A DNA stretch of 32,534 nt from Nitrososphaeraceae archaeon (GCA_044870765.1 JBIOZG010000006.1:1-32534), one strand, 5' to 3'. Counted from the stretch's first letter, positions 17,561 to 26,704 are shown. Notes: generated by a model from the letters alone, not told the origin. A program made the numbers and translations.

Positions 17561-18304
17561 GTGTATTTCGTAAATTGGCAACGAGAGATATCAATTTCCG
17601 AGATGAACGGGAAAAAGGTTGTTGTCAAACGAAATAAGATGAGTAAGAACTTGCATGATTACGTTCTCGTTATTTCGTACTCTGTACTCTCAATTCTTCT
17701 TGCACATCCATCTGCTCCACCTGAAATTGGTGGCAAGATGACATTCAACGAGGGATTTGAAATGCGAGAAAAATTGCAGTCGGTAGGGATTTCAACACCT
17801 GAGCTAATTTCGATCTCTACTAGCTCGTTAATTGAAGAATTTATTTCTGGTGGGAATCTATATGAAGCACTTTCAGGCTCCGATAACTTTTCATTAGCGT
17901 TTGCTGCCGGAATTATTACCGGTAGACTCCACAAATCTGGTTATTCATTCATAGACAACAAATCTCAGAATTATCTTGTAACTTTTTCAAGAAAGGTATT
18001 ACGTACTGATCTGGCATTCATACAGAAAAAAGATTCAATCTTTGCCAAAAGTATGGACATAGGTTCATTTTTGGGCAGTTTAATTGGTTTAGACAGGGTA
18101 AAGTACAAGCCTATAGAAGATGCATTCTATGCAGGATATTACTCAGAAACCAAAACTCAAATTCCTTACCTGTCAATAGTATTAAGAAACATCTTGGGTC
18201 TTGGGCTCAGTATGAGTTTGAATTGGATTAAAAACACTCTAGAAAGCTCGGAGAAATTAATTTCATATAGGAGGAAGTTCGGTTTTTCTGTCGAATCCTC
18301 CTGA
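17561..18304 (+). CDS. Atypical protein-kinase-like fold protein (Bud32/RIO/Kdo-kinase-like)
   Basis: VVVK (beta3 Lys), NEG (alphaC Glu), GISTPEL, IEEFI.G, RLHKSG..IDNKSQN (DxKxxN) and TDL (DFG-like); GTG start. Confidence 0.62.
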   Translation: MYFVNWQREISISEMNGKKVVVKRNKMSKNLHDYVLVISYSVLSILLAHPSAPPEIGGKMTFNEGFEMREKLQSVGISTPELISISTSSLIEEFISGGNLYEALSGSDNFSLAFAAGIITGRLHKSGYSFIDNKSQNYLVTFSRKVLRTDLAFIQKKDSIFAKSMDIGSFLGSLIGLDRVKYKPIEDAFYAGYYSETKTQIPYLSIVLRNILGLGLSMSLNWIKNTLESSEKLISYRRKFGFSVESS

Positions 18305-18649
18305 CCCGAACTTGCAATAAAAGCACTGGTCAGACTGCATATATGACAACCGCTGTATCAGAATCGCATGTATTTTCAATGCAAATTTTGTCATCAGTCT
18401 ATATTTTAGCGGCATTGAAGGAATAACTTCGTCAAAATAAACATTATAGTGATCTGGACAAAACTTTAGGGTAATTTGTGCCCGATGCTTTTGATTAGAT
18501 TCCTTATTTTCGGAAATATGTTTTGCCACGCTAATTTGTTCTCTTATATATTCATGTTTTGGACAAGGGCAATCTTTTCCACCTGGGTGTTTGTACGCAG
18601 GTGTATTTTTCCAATCAAAATCCGGAAAATCTTTTTCAAACTCGTCCAT
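18263..18649 (-). CDS. Hypothetical Cys/His-rich, putative zinc-binding protein
   Basis: 128-aa ATG ORF with CPCPKH, CPDH and CFYC motifs. Confidence 0.72.
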   Translation of the reverse strand: MDEFEKDFPDFDWKNTPAYKHPGGKDCPCPKHEYIREQISVAKHISENKESNQKHRAQITLKFCPDHYNVYFDEVIPSMPLKYRLMTKFALKIHAILIQRLSYMQSDQCFYCKFGSGGFDRKTELPPI

Positions 18650-18733
18650 GATAACTAACAGTACTGCTCATTTATCAAATATAAAGATATATACGAATTC
18701 AATAACCATTGTAGAAATGATAAAAGATATATT

Positions 18734-19768
18734 TTGAATATTTTAAAATTCACGATAGAAGTGTTAAAAGACCACAGCGCAGACGCTGACAATAAGCCAT
18801 CCGTAGTTGCAAATATTGAAAGAAATGGTAATAGTATTGATGGATCAAGCACGTATATTGATTCGAATTTAAATACCTTGACGAAATTCAAGAAAACACT
18901 TCTTGCAGAACAAAAGAGTGGAGAAGAAAAAGTAGAAGAGCTTAATCAAACGATTGAATCTACAAAAAAAGAAATAGACAAGCAAAGAATGGATCTTGAA
19001 GAGCTAAGAACCCAATTAAAGAAGGTAAATGAGATAAAAGATGCTGAATATACAAGATTTTTAGAACTAAAAAATAATTTGATGGAAATTCGAAACAAGA
19101 TGAAAAATCTTGATGAAAAGGCGAATGACTCTGTAGGTCACAAACTACGAAAGGAAAGATTTGACATGATAAATCTAGCGAGAAACCTGGATCAAATTGA
19201 AAGGGATATTCAAACTAAGAAACTTACGAAAGATGAGGAAAGGAGACTAGTTGCTAGATCAAAAGAAATGGCTACACGCTTACATTCGCTTAAGATGATC
19301 CACAAAAAAGAAGATGATTACAGAACAATTTCGATTCAATATGATAAGTTAAAGACCAAAATTAATTCCATTTTTCAACAAAAGTCCGAACTAGGAGAAA
19401 AAATAGGCAAGCTAAAAGGCAGTTTAGACAAATTACTCAATTTGAGAGAAAGCCTTTATGAAGACAGAAGAAAAGCTAGAAGTGCATTACGCGAAGCAGA
19501 AGCAAAGCTAGAGATGGTAAATACCCAACTAAATGCAATCGAGTATAGGCGCACGAGGCAGTCAAGCTTTAGAAGCAGGTCTGGCGGAACTGGAGAGAAA
19601 CGTGAATTCAAATATGAGAATTCTCAGGAGAGAGTAAGAAGGAATAAAGAAAACCTGGAATTATTGAACATAGCAAAAGAGGCCGCATTAAAGAAGATGT
19701 CAAGTGGAAGAAAACTTACATTCGATGAGATGAAGCTCATTTACGGCGACGAATTACTTCATGATTAG
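18734..19768 (+). CDS. Long coiled-coil protein (archaeal COG1340-like)
   Basis: K/E/R-rich heptads throughout; IQTKKLTKDEERRLV hairpin and C-terminal KMSSGRKLTFDEM motif recalled from the archaeal COG1340 coiled-coil family. Start uncertain (GTG 18761 possible). Confidence 0.78.
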   Translation: MNILKFTIEVLKDHSADADNKPSVVANIERNGNSIDGSSTYIDSNLNTLTKFKKTLLAEQKSGEEKVEELNQTIESTKKEIDKQRMDLEELRTQLKKVNEIKDAEYTRFLELKNNLMEIRNKMKNLDEKANDSVGHKLRKERFDMINLARNLDQIERDIQTKKLTKDEERRLVARSKEMATRLHSLKMIHKKEDDYRTISIQYDKLKTKINSIFQQKSELGEKIGKLKGSLDKLLNLRESLYEDRRKARSALREAEAKLEMVNTQLNAIEYRRTRQSSFRSRSGGTGEKREFKYENSQERVRRNKENLELLNIAKEAALKKMSSGRKLTFDEMKLIYGDELLHD

Positions 19769-19807
19769 ATTTATTTTTCTCAATCTTTAATTTTGTGTGT
19801 AATCGTT

Positions 19808-20431
19808 ATGGATGCAGACGAAATAACCGTCCAAGAAGGCAAAGAACTAGTGAGGTTAGCACGAACCTGTGTCGAGTCATTTGTTAAAAACAGGAAGTTT
19901 GTTATTTCTGCCAATAATAGCAACAAAAAGTCTGGAGTTTTTGTTACTATATATCATCTTAATAAAGATAACAATGAAAAAAATCTACGTGGTTGCATAG
20001 GTTATGTTCTTCCGTCAAAGGATATTTATGATTCTGTGATTGATGCTGCAATAAATGCTGCAACTCAAGATCCGCGTTTCATTGCCGTCAGTGAAAAAGA
20101 ACTTGAAGAGGTAATTTTTGAAGTTTCTGTTCTAACAAAACCATTTCGGATCAGAGTCGAAGATACTAATCTATCTCTTAACCAAATTCTAATTGGAAGA
20201 GATGGACTCATGCTAGAAAGCAGATACGGTTCTGGTCTCTTCTTACCGCAAGTTCCAGTTGAACAGAACTGGAATGTTAGGCAATACCTTACAAATTTGT
20301 GCTATAAAGCAGGTGCGCCTTCTGATGCTTGGTTATTACCCGACTCAAACTTGTACACATTTCGTTCATATATATTCCGAGAAAAATTACCAAATAGTGA
20401 GATATATGCTGAAAATTTCATAGAAACTTAA
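19808..20431 (+). CDS. AMMECR1-domain protein (AmmeMemoRadiSam system protein A-like, TIGR00296)
   Basis: GVFVT, LRGCIG, DPRF, EVSVLT, G.DGL, GLFLPQV..E..W and LC.KAG motifs; ATG 19808 preferred. Confidence 0.94.
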   Translation: MDADEITVQEGKELVRLARTCVESFVKNRKFVISANNSNKKSGVFVTIYHLNKDNNEKNLRGCIGYVLPSKDIYDSVIDAAINAATQDPRFIAVSEKELEEVIFEVSVLTKPFRIRVEDTNLSLNQILIGRDGLMLESRYGSGLFLPQVPVEQNWNVRQYLTNLCYKAGAPSDAWLLPDSNLYTFRSYIFREKLPNSEIYAENFIET

Positions 20432-20559
20432 ATGAAGATGTCATTGAGTCCTGGCAAAGTTATCTTTCTGCTGGATAGAAAATTGGCTCAGATCTTTACA
20501 ACCATAAAGTGTATTCACGAATCTGTTCAGTATATAATAAAGTACGGATATTTCAAATC

Positions 20560-21729
20560 ATGGCAAGGGCCTATTTAGCTCCATATGGTGTTGGTCTAGG
20601 TCATGCCAGTAGGCTCCTCTCTATATCTGAACATCTTAAGGACGATTACGTTACTATAAGATTTTCTTCCTACGGTGAGGCAGTATCGTATATCAGTAAC
20701 CAAGGATACGAGTGTATCGAAGTGCCTCCTATAGAATTTGCTTGGAATAACGGTGGATTTTCAGTAAAAAATAGTATTTCCAACATACCATTATGGTTTA
20801 CAAATTTTGCAAGGCAAATTGCTCAAGAAACTAGAAATATTTCGTCATTCAATCCAAATTTAGTGATCTCCGATTCCAGGTTATCTCCTATATTATCGTC
20901 AAAAATTTTGGGTGTACCTTCAATAGTTATCTTGAACCAGATAAAGCTCTTACTATCTCCGAGGATCAGAGAATTCAAATTGGCAAGAATTTTTGAAAAG
21001 CTAAATGGGGAATTTTTTGGAACTATGTGGAGTTTGACTGAAAAATTACTTATCCCCGATCTTCCTCCCCCTTATACCATAGCCGAACATAATATTTGGA
21101 ATTTGGAATCTGTAAAGAAAAAAATACGTTACATTGGATTTACGACAGCAAAATGGAATGGTGATGATCAGGCAATGAATAGTGTCTTGCACTCACTTAA
21201 TCTGGAAAGGAGTAAACCAATAATTTTTATCCACATCAGTGGACCATATGAAACCCGTCTAGATTTGATATCAACTATTATAGAGGCATCAAGGTACTTT
21301 AGAAAAGACATACAGTATATTATATCTGAAGGTAAACCAAATGGCAGTACTGTGCCCAGAAAGCTTTCCTCTACAGGCTGGTATTATGAATGGTGTCCTG
21401 TACGGGATGAAATCTTTGCCTTAAGTGATTTAATAGTAATTAGAGCTGGTCATGCGGCAATATCGCATGCAATACAATATGGAAAACCCATGGTTACTAT
21501 TCCTATTCAAAACCATGGGGAGCAATTGGGTAATTCCGAAAAAGTTGAAAGAATGAAAATTGGAATAAGGCTTGAACCTTCTAAAACAAATGCAGAACAA
21601 ATTGCTCAAGCTATTCATAAAATACTTGATGATAAATCCTACACACAAAATGTAGAGAAGTTAAAGGAGCTCACAGATAATTATGATGGGATTAAGAATG
21701 CACTAGAAATTATCAGATCATTTCTCTAG
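20560..21729 (+). CDS. GT-B fold glycosyltransferase (GT28/MurG-like, MJ1255-type)
   Basis: GVGLGHASR, ISD, and C-terminal DLIVIRAGHAAISHAIQYGKP...P...HGEQLGN nucleotide-sugar-binding motif; ATG 20560 preferred. Confidence 0.88.
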   Translation: MARAYLAPYGVGLGHASRLLSISEHLKDDYVTIRFSSYGEAVSYISNQGYECIEVPPIEFAWNNGGFSVKNSISNIPLWFTNFARQIAQETRNISSFNPNLVISDSRLSPILSSKILGVPSIVILNQIKLLLSPRIREFKLARIFEKLNGEFFGTMWSLTEKLLIPDLPPPYTIAEHNIWNLESVKKKIRYIGFTTAKWNGDDQAMNSVLHSLNLERSKPIIFIHISGPYETRLDLISTIIEASRYFRKDIQYIISEGKPNGSTVPRKLSSTGWYYEWCPVRDEIFALSDLIVIRAGHAAISHAIQYGKPMVTIPIQNHGEQLGNSEKVERMKIGIRLEPSKTNAEQIAQAIHKILDDKSYTQNVEKLKELTDNYDGIKNALEIIRSFL

Positions 21730-21836
21730 ACTTTTCGTTGAGAGATGCAATTTGTCATACCATATATCACAATCCAGCGTCCAGGAGATAATTTAATTCT
21801 CATTTGCAGTAACTTGTACTACTTAAATTATCACAA

Positions 21837-22805
21837 CTAGGACGGAAGTTCTTTTATGGCCAATTCAATATTATTTTTATCATGAGCTTGTGGACACTTT
21901 TCCAGATAAGAAATTAGATCCGATTTTGCACCCTTGTTGTCATCTAAGTTCAATCTTGCAATTCCTCTGTTCTTATAAATAGATCCAAATCTTGTGGGAT
22001 TGATAGAAATCGCTATTGAGTAATATTTTTCGGCTTGGTCATATTGTTCTTTTCTAAGGTAATAATTTCCTATTCCACGATATGCCAAATAAAATTTTGG
22101 GTTCAATTTGATGGACTGTTCAAAATAGTCCTTTGCCTCATTGGATTTCAATTCATTGTAGATTGATCCTAGCATATCCAATGCAAATTCATTACTTCTG
22201 TTAAGTTCAATTGCCTTTTTTATTTTCTCTACAGCTTTATTCTGATTGCCATTTAGTAGTAACCTTTCAGCCTCAAAGCACATCCTGTACGAAAGATCCG
22301 GATTTGCGGCAGAATTATCGTTGCTGTTAATTTCTTTCATATCTTTTGGAATAATGGTAATTGAGATAGAACCGTCTTGTTCCCAAAGTTCAAGGAATTT
22401 TTTTTCGGGTATTGACCCAACTGTGTCAGGCTCTGGAACGTAGGTGATGATTCTGTTCTCATCAGGATCGTACCCAGTTACCACCGTTGCATGTTGAATA
22501 GTTTCCTTTAAGCCGGGCATAATAACTATCGAGGGAATACCCTGATCTATTTTTTTCTTTAATCCGAGTAGATCGTTCTTAAAGATGTGAGTTAAAAATC
22601 CATGATTCTCAGCGATTTCGATTCCCTCAATAAAAATGGAACCTTTGAATTCGTTGTATTTTTTAGATCTCTGTTCGGCTTCTTGCTCAAAATCATATTC
22701 ACCCCAATAATTCAATATTACATTGATGGCCAGGGGAAGACAAACATGATCCGTCTTGTTTTCCACCAGTGGAAGTATAAGAGTATGTTCATTATCTAGT
22801 TTCAA
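21837..22805 (-). CDS. Peptidase C39-like domain plus TPR repeats
   Basis: N-terminal CLPLAINVILNYWG (Cys) and HATVVTGYD (His); C-terminal TPR repeats (ALDMLGSIY, AYRGIGNYY, YKNRGIA). Confidence 0.85.
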   Translation of the reverse strand: MKLDNEHTLILPLVENKTDHVCLPLAINVILNYWGEYDFEQEAEQRSKKYNEFKGSIFIEGIEIAENHGFLTHIFKNDLLGLKKKIDQGIPSIVIMPGLKETIQHATVVTGYDPDENRIITYVPEPDTVGSIPEKKFLELWEQDGSISITIIPKDMKEINSNDNSAANPDLSYRMCFEAERLLLNGNQNKAVEKIKKAIELNRSNEFALDMLGSIYNELKSNEAKDYFEQSIKLNPKFYLAYRGIGNYYLRKEQYDQAEKYYSIAISINPTRFGSIYKNRGIARLNLDDNKGAKSDLISYLEKCPQAHDKNNIELAIKELPS

Positions 22806-22841
22806 TATCTAGGATAAAAGCAAAGTAAAATAAAATTCTTG

Positions 22842-23384
22842 TCACAGACTTACAAAACTACGAATCAGTTCAGTACCGGAATGACCGCTTTTTTCTGGAT
22901 GAAACTGTGTACCAAAGATCCTTTTGGAACTGTGACAAAAGATTTCGTGTTTTGCAGAAGCAGAACTTGCAATACAAATAAAATTTTCAGGCAAATGTGA
23001 TATGGCATATGAATGGCTTTCGTAAACATTGCAATGTGTTTCTTTTAATAGTATGTTAGGTAGTGTAATCTTAATTCTGTTAAGCCCCTGGACCTGGTCG
23101 GTTTTATGTATTGAGCCGCCAAATGTAAGCGCAATTATTTCTGCGCCATAGCATATGCCCAGTATGGGAGTTTCATTAGCAAAGCAAGTTTTAATAATTT
23201 TTGAATTGGCAGAATTGATTTCCTTTTTGTACTTTTGGCGACCTGATAGTATCACTTTTTCAAAGTTTGAAACCTTGAAATCTTCGTAATATTTTTTTAA
23301 AACATAATCCTGACCTATTTTATCCAAACATAAAGTAATATCCTTGACAAACGGAGAACCATTGTCAACAACAAGTACAGCCAA
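22842..23384 (-). CDS. Stand-alone class I glutamine amidotransferase (GMP synthase subunit A-like)
   Basis: VVDNGS, PILGICYG (nucleophile Cys), ESH and GTQFHPE (His-Glu). Confidence 0.88.
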   Translation of the reverse strand: MAVLVVDNGSPFVKDITLCLDKIGQDYVLKKYYEDFKVSNFEKVILSGRQKYKKEINSANSKIIKTCFANETPILGICYGAEIIALTFGGSIHKTDQVQGLNRIKITLPNILLKETHCNVYESHSYAISHLPENFICIASSASAKHEIFCHSSKRIFGTQFHPEKSGHSGTELIRSFVSL

Positions 23385-23499
23385 ATTCTAGATTATTAAC
23401 AAATATGAACCTATAATAATCATACTTGAATTGATGACAATAATTTTTACACGGTAAATAATACGGGCAATACTCTATTCCAAAAACATTTTTACTCTG

Positions 23500-24648
23500 T
23501 TATTGGCTTTTAGAAATTGTGGCCAAACCCTTACAAATAAGATATACTGCGACATAAGATGGAACTTTTTCAATGGTACTTTCTAGTTTAAAATTAGTAT
23601 TTTTGAGATTAAGTTTCAGCTTAGTTTTTAAGTTAATCTGAACTTCCGAGTTGCTCAATAAGCACGCATCATTTGTGGGGTTAAATGATTCTAAATCATT
23701 ACATTTGGCTTTAATCAGACCACTTTTGCCGTTAATGCTACCGGGTAATCTAAATACACGATGTATATCATTGGTAACTTGAGCGTCAATAGGTACTCCA
23801 TTCTTTTTAGCAATCTTGTTGAGTTCATTTCTAAAACCTTCATATCCGCCGTTCATCTCAACTATATGTTTGAGTTTTAATTCTGAGTTTTGATTTATTC
23901 CTAATGCAGATGCTACCTTTTTTCTCCAACCTGTTGTTATACCACTTTTTGGTAACTTTATGGTAAAACTATTTCGAAATCTGCGGACACCAATGCTTTC
24001 TGACATGAATCCATTTCCAATAATATAATCCGTAACATTAGATCTCGAGTTAGAATCTAAGTTTCTCATATTAGGATCGTTTACATGGAAGTGAAATCCG
24101 GCGTTTCCAGAAAAAAAAATCTCTATGTACCTTTCCTTCACTCCAAGATCGTAAAGTAAGAAATCAAGTAACTTTATTGCTTCTTTCCTTATAGCCAAAA
24201 GACATTTCTTACACGGAATAGAAGTGTCATTATTTTTACCCTTATTACAATTAATGCATAGTTTTTGTTCTGAATTAACAAAACCGCATACATTGCAAAT
24301 GTAAAAAGTATGATCATGAAGGCAGGGAAGATTCAGGTCTTTGATGTCAATATCAAAGATCAGGTCAGCACCTTCCCATTGTTTTTCATTAATGGGGTAT
24401 GATGGCAACGCATAATATGCATTTGAGTAATATACATCCAGAGGAACGTTTCGTACTAATTCGGCTACGAGCTCTCCCGTTGTCTTAAATGACAGATGTC
24501 TAACCACTATAGAGTCAAATTTTCTGTATCCAAACTCCCTTTTTTCCATTGAATACAGATATGGGAAATTCTTGTTTTCAAAATAGTATTTTCTAAACAC
24601 GTCTTTGAGAAATCTAGTATTTTCACCTGCAAATTCTAATTGATTCAA
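23500..24648 (-). CDS. priS: DNA primase small (catalytic) subunit
   Basis: REFG, YYSNAYY..P, GADLIFDID, FSGNAGFH, IDAQVT.D.HR.FRLPGS motifs. Confidence 0.96.
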   Translation of the reverse strand: MNQLEFAGENTRFLKDVFRKYYFENKNFPYLYSMEKREFGYRKFDSIVVRHLSFKTTGELVAELVRNVPLDVYYSNAYYALPSYPINEKQWEGADLIFDIDIKDLNLPCLHDHTFYICNVCGFVNSEQKLCINCNKGKNNDTSIPCKKCLLAIRKEAIKLLDFLLYDLGVKERYIEIFFSGNAGFHFHVNDPNMRNLDSNSRSNVTDYIIGNGFMSESIGVRRFRNSFTIKLPKSGITTGWRKKVASALGINQNSELKLKHIVEMNGGYEGFRNELNKIAKKNGVPIDAQVTNDIHRVFRLPGSINGKSGLIKAKCNDLESFNPTNDACLLSNSEVQINLKTKLKLNLKNTNFKLESTIEKVPSYVAVYLICKGLATISKSQ

Positions 24649-25665
24649 TTATACTAGTTTCCTTCTTCCGAATTGAATTGGATTTACCAGGTTTTCGCAT
24701 TCTTTAACTGCAAAGCATAAGTCTTCACTTCTTAATCGGTCGCAAGAAGGTACGGAGTATTTTATGTGACTGCCCTTCTTTCCTGCAAGGTGTGCTACCT
24801 GATATCTCGTTATTTTTTCATTATAGTCAGGAGAGTTCTTGAATATTTCAATTACATCATCTTCGGATTTACCAATTGCTAGCAAATAAGTGGCTAACAT
24901 GAATCTAGCAGAATGTGGAAGATTTTCTCCCTTGTTTATTATCTCCATGGCATGTTTTATGCAAGGTGGATATTCCAATATTTTAAATTGATTCTTGTAA
25001 ACGTATCGTCCTGAATATTTTTTTCGCAGTTCGTCAGCCTTTGACTTAATTAAGAGCGGTACTTCGTAGATTTTCATGTTTTTTATGCGAGTATAAATTA
25101 AATTGCTTAATTCATTTCGGATTAACCTTACAGCTTCATCAGTATCAAGATAAACATACCCATCTTTTACCGATCTGTTTATCAATTTCCATTCTTGCTC
25201 GTTCATCTTAGAAGCTCTTTGAAGATAGTCGGGAACACTCAACTTACAAATACTTGAAGTTGAATCTACATCTATATCGATCTTGAATAACTCTTTAAAG
25301 ATCTTTTGAACAAGCAGTCTCTTTTTTTGTAGAGATCTCTCTGTGCTCAAATCTGTAGACAGGAATTTTTCTACCCTCATGGCTTCGAACAGAGAACATT
25401 TCTTTGATATTTCTTCCAATCCAATAGACTTTATGAGCAATAGAGAGACCAAAAATGTCATAATTTCTATTTCGTATTCATCCAAGTTCGAGTAAATTTT
25501 TCCCTTGAGCTCATTTTCCAATTTGTCTACAGCTCTGTTAATAATGTGCGTCATTTCAGGACGATCAAATTCCTCAAAATCAAACTTTGTCTCCTGGATG
25601 TATTCAGAAGCTTCTTGTAAGAAAGGATATTTCGCCAGTTCAGACGATCCCAATTTTATTGACAA
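24649..25665 (-). CDS. priL: DNA primase large subunit with Fe-S C-terminal domain
   Basis: KYPFL, WKLINR....GYVYL, PPCI, HSARF, PDY...TRYQ..H and PSC...LC.....C Fe-S ligands; abuts priS. Confidence 0.95.
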   Translation of the reverse strand: MSIKLGSSELAKYPFLQEASEYIQETKFDFEEFDRPEMTHIINRAVDKLENELKGKIYSNLDEYEIEIMTFLVSLLLIKSIGLEEISKKCSLFEAMRVEKFLSTDLSTERSLQKKRLLVQKIFKELFKIDIDVDSTSSICKLSVPDYLQRASKMNEQEWKLINRSVKDGYVYLDTDEAVRLIRNELSNLIYTRIKNMKIYEVPLLIKSKADELRKKYSGRYVYKNQFKILEYPPCIKHAMEIINKGENLPHSARFMLATYLLAIGKSEDDVIEIFKNSPDYNEKITRYQVAHLAGKKGSHIKYSVPSCDRLRSEDLCFAVKECENLVNPIQFGRRKLV

Positions 25666-25746
25666 TTTTGATTTGACATTAATACGAAATACTGTAATAA
25701 AAATAAATACAAATCTTTAATATCCTAGTAACAAACATAGAAGCAA

Positions 25747-26622
25747 TTGAGTTTTAGGGTTGGATTCCACGTTTCAATTGCCGGTGGGATACAAAACTCC
25801 ATTTCAAATGCAGCTGAGATTGGATGCACAGCGTTTCAGATATTTACAAGGAGTCCCAGGCAATGGCGCTCTAAGGATCTCGTAGAATCTGAGGTAGAAC
25901 TATTCAAAGCCAATCTGAAAAAAAGTGGAATAAAGAAGAATTCAGTTGCTGTTCATATGCCTTATTTGCCTAACCTATCAGGTCCAGATGGTGAATTATT
26001 AGAAAAATCACTGAATTCATTCACAAGTGAACTAACGAGATGTTCCCAATTAGGTATTGAATATCTAGTCATACATCTTGGAAGCCATAAGGAGCAGGGG
26101 CGTGATAACGGTATTAAACAGTTGTTAAAAAGTTGTGAAGAAGCGGTTGATAATTATAAATCGACATTCAAAAGGAAATTGGATGTTACTATTTTATTAG
26201 AAAACAGTGCGGGTCAAAAAGGTAGTATGGGAAGCAAACTTGAAGAATTAGGAGAAATTCTTGATAAACTTTCGAGTAAAACATTTTGCGTGTGTTTAGA
26301 TACGTGTCATGCATTTGCAGCTGGATATGATTTGAGCAACGAAGAAGCCTGTAAACGATTTATTAGTGAATTTGATAAAATAGTTGGTCTTGGAGTTCTC
26401 AAATTTATTCATTTGAACGATTCCAAATATGAAATTGGTTCTCATCTTGATAGGCACGAGTTAGTTGGTAATGGTAAAATAGGAATTGAAGGATTTAAAA
26501 CAATAATTAATCACAAAATACTAGGAGATATACCAATGGTAATGGAGCCTAATTTCGTGTCTATTGAAGAAGACGTTAAAAACCTTGAATTAGTGCGTAA
26601 ACTTAGAAAACGAACCAATTAG
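25747..26622 (+). CDS. nfo: Endonuclease IV (AP endonuclease family 2)
   Basis: GFHVSIAGG, FQIF..SPR.W, HMPYL.NL, HLGS, LLENSAG, CLDTCHAFAAGYD and HLNDSK....S..DRH motifs. Confidence 0.96.
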   Translation: MSFRVGFHVSIAGGIQNSISNAAEIGCTAFQIFTRSPRQWRSKDLVESEVELFKANLKKSGIKKNSVAVHMPYLPNLSGPDGELLEKSLNSFTSELTRCSQLGIEYLVIHLGSHKEQGRDNGIKQLLKSCEEAVDNYKSTFKRKLDVTILLENSAGQKGSMGSKLEELGEILDKLSSKTFCVCLDTCHAFAAGYDLSNEEACKRFISEFDKIVGLGVLKFIHLNDSKYEIGSHLDRHELVGNGKIGIEGFKTIINHKILGDIPMVMEPNFVSIEEDVKNLELVRKLRKRTN

Positions 26623-26704
26623 CCTTATTCTAGTTTTTCAATTAATTGTGCAAATAAAAATAAATGCATGTTGAATCACAGAATCTAAGAGTAATAGAGA
26701 TAAG

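Noticed and set aside
18655-18891. 78-aa hydrophobic minus-strand ORF
   Set aside because: Lies over an AT-rich divergent promoter and antisense to the coiled-coil gene; its hydrophobicity is explained by T-rich codons.
18734-19768. SMC/Rad50-like ATPase or phosphoserine phosphatase
   Set aside because: No Walker A/B, signature or HAD DxD motifs; only coiled coil.
17394-21729. Possible genomic island integrated at the tRNA-Ala 3' end
   Set aside because: No integrase, no duplicated tRNA 3' end (att site) that I could see, no obvious compositional shift, and the downstream genes look like conserved archaeal genes.
20432-21803. Two short ORFs flanking the glycosyltransferase that begin similarly (MKMSLSPGK at 20432-20578 +; MRIKLSPGR at 21726-21803 -), suggesting terminal inverted repeats
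   Set aside because: Nucleotide identity is limited to ATGA and TCCTGG; no target-site duplication or transposase; most likely coincidence.
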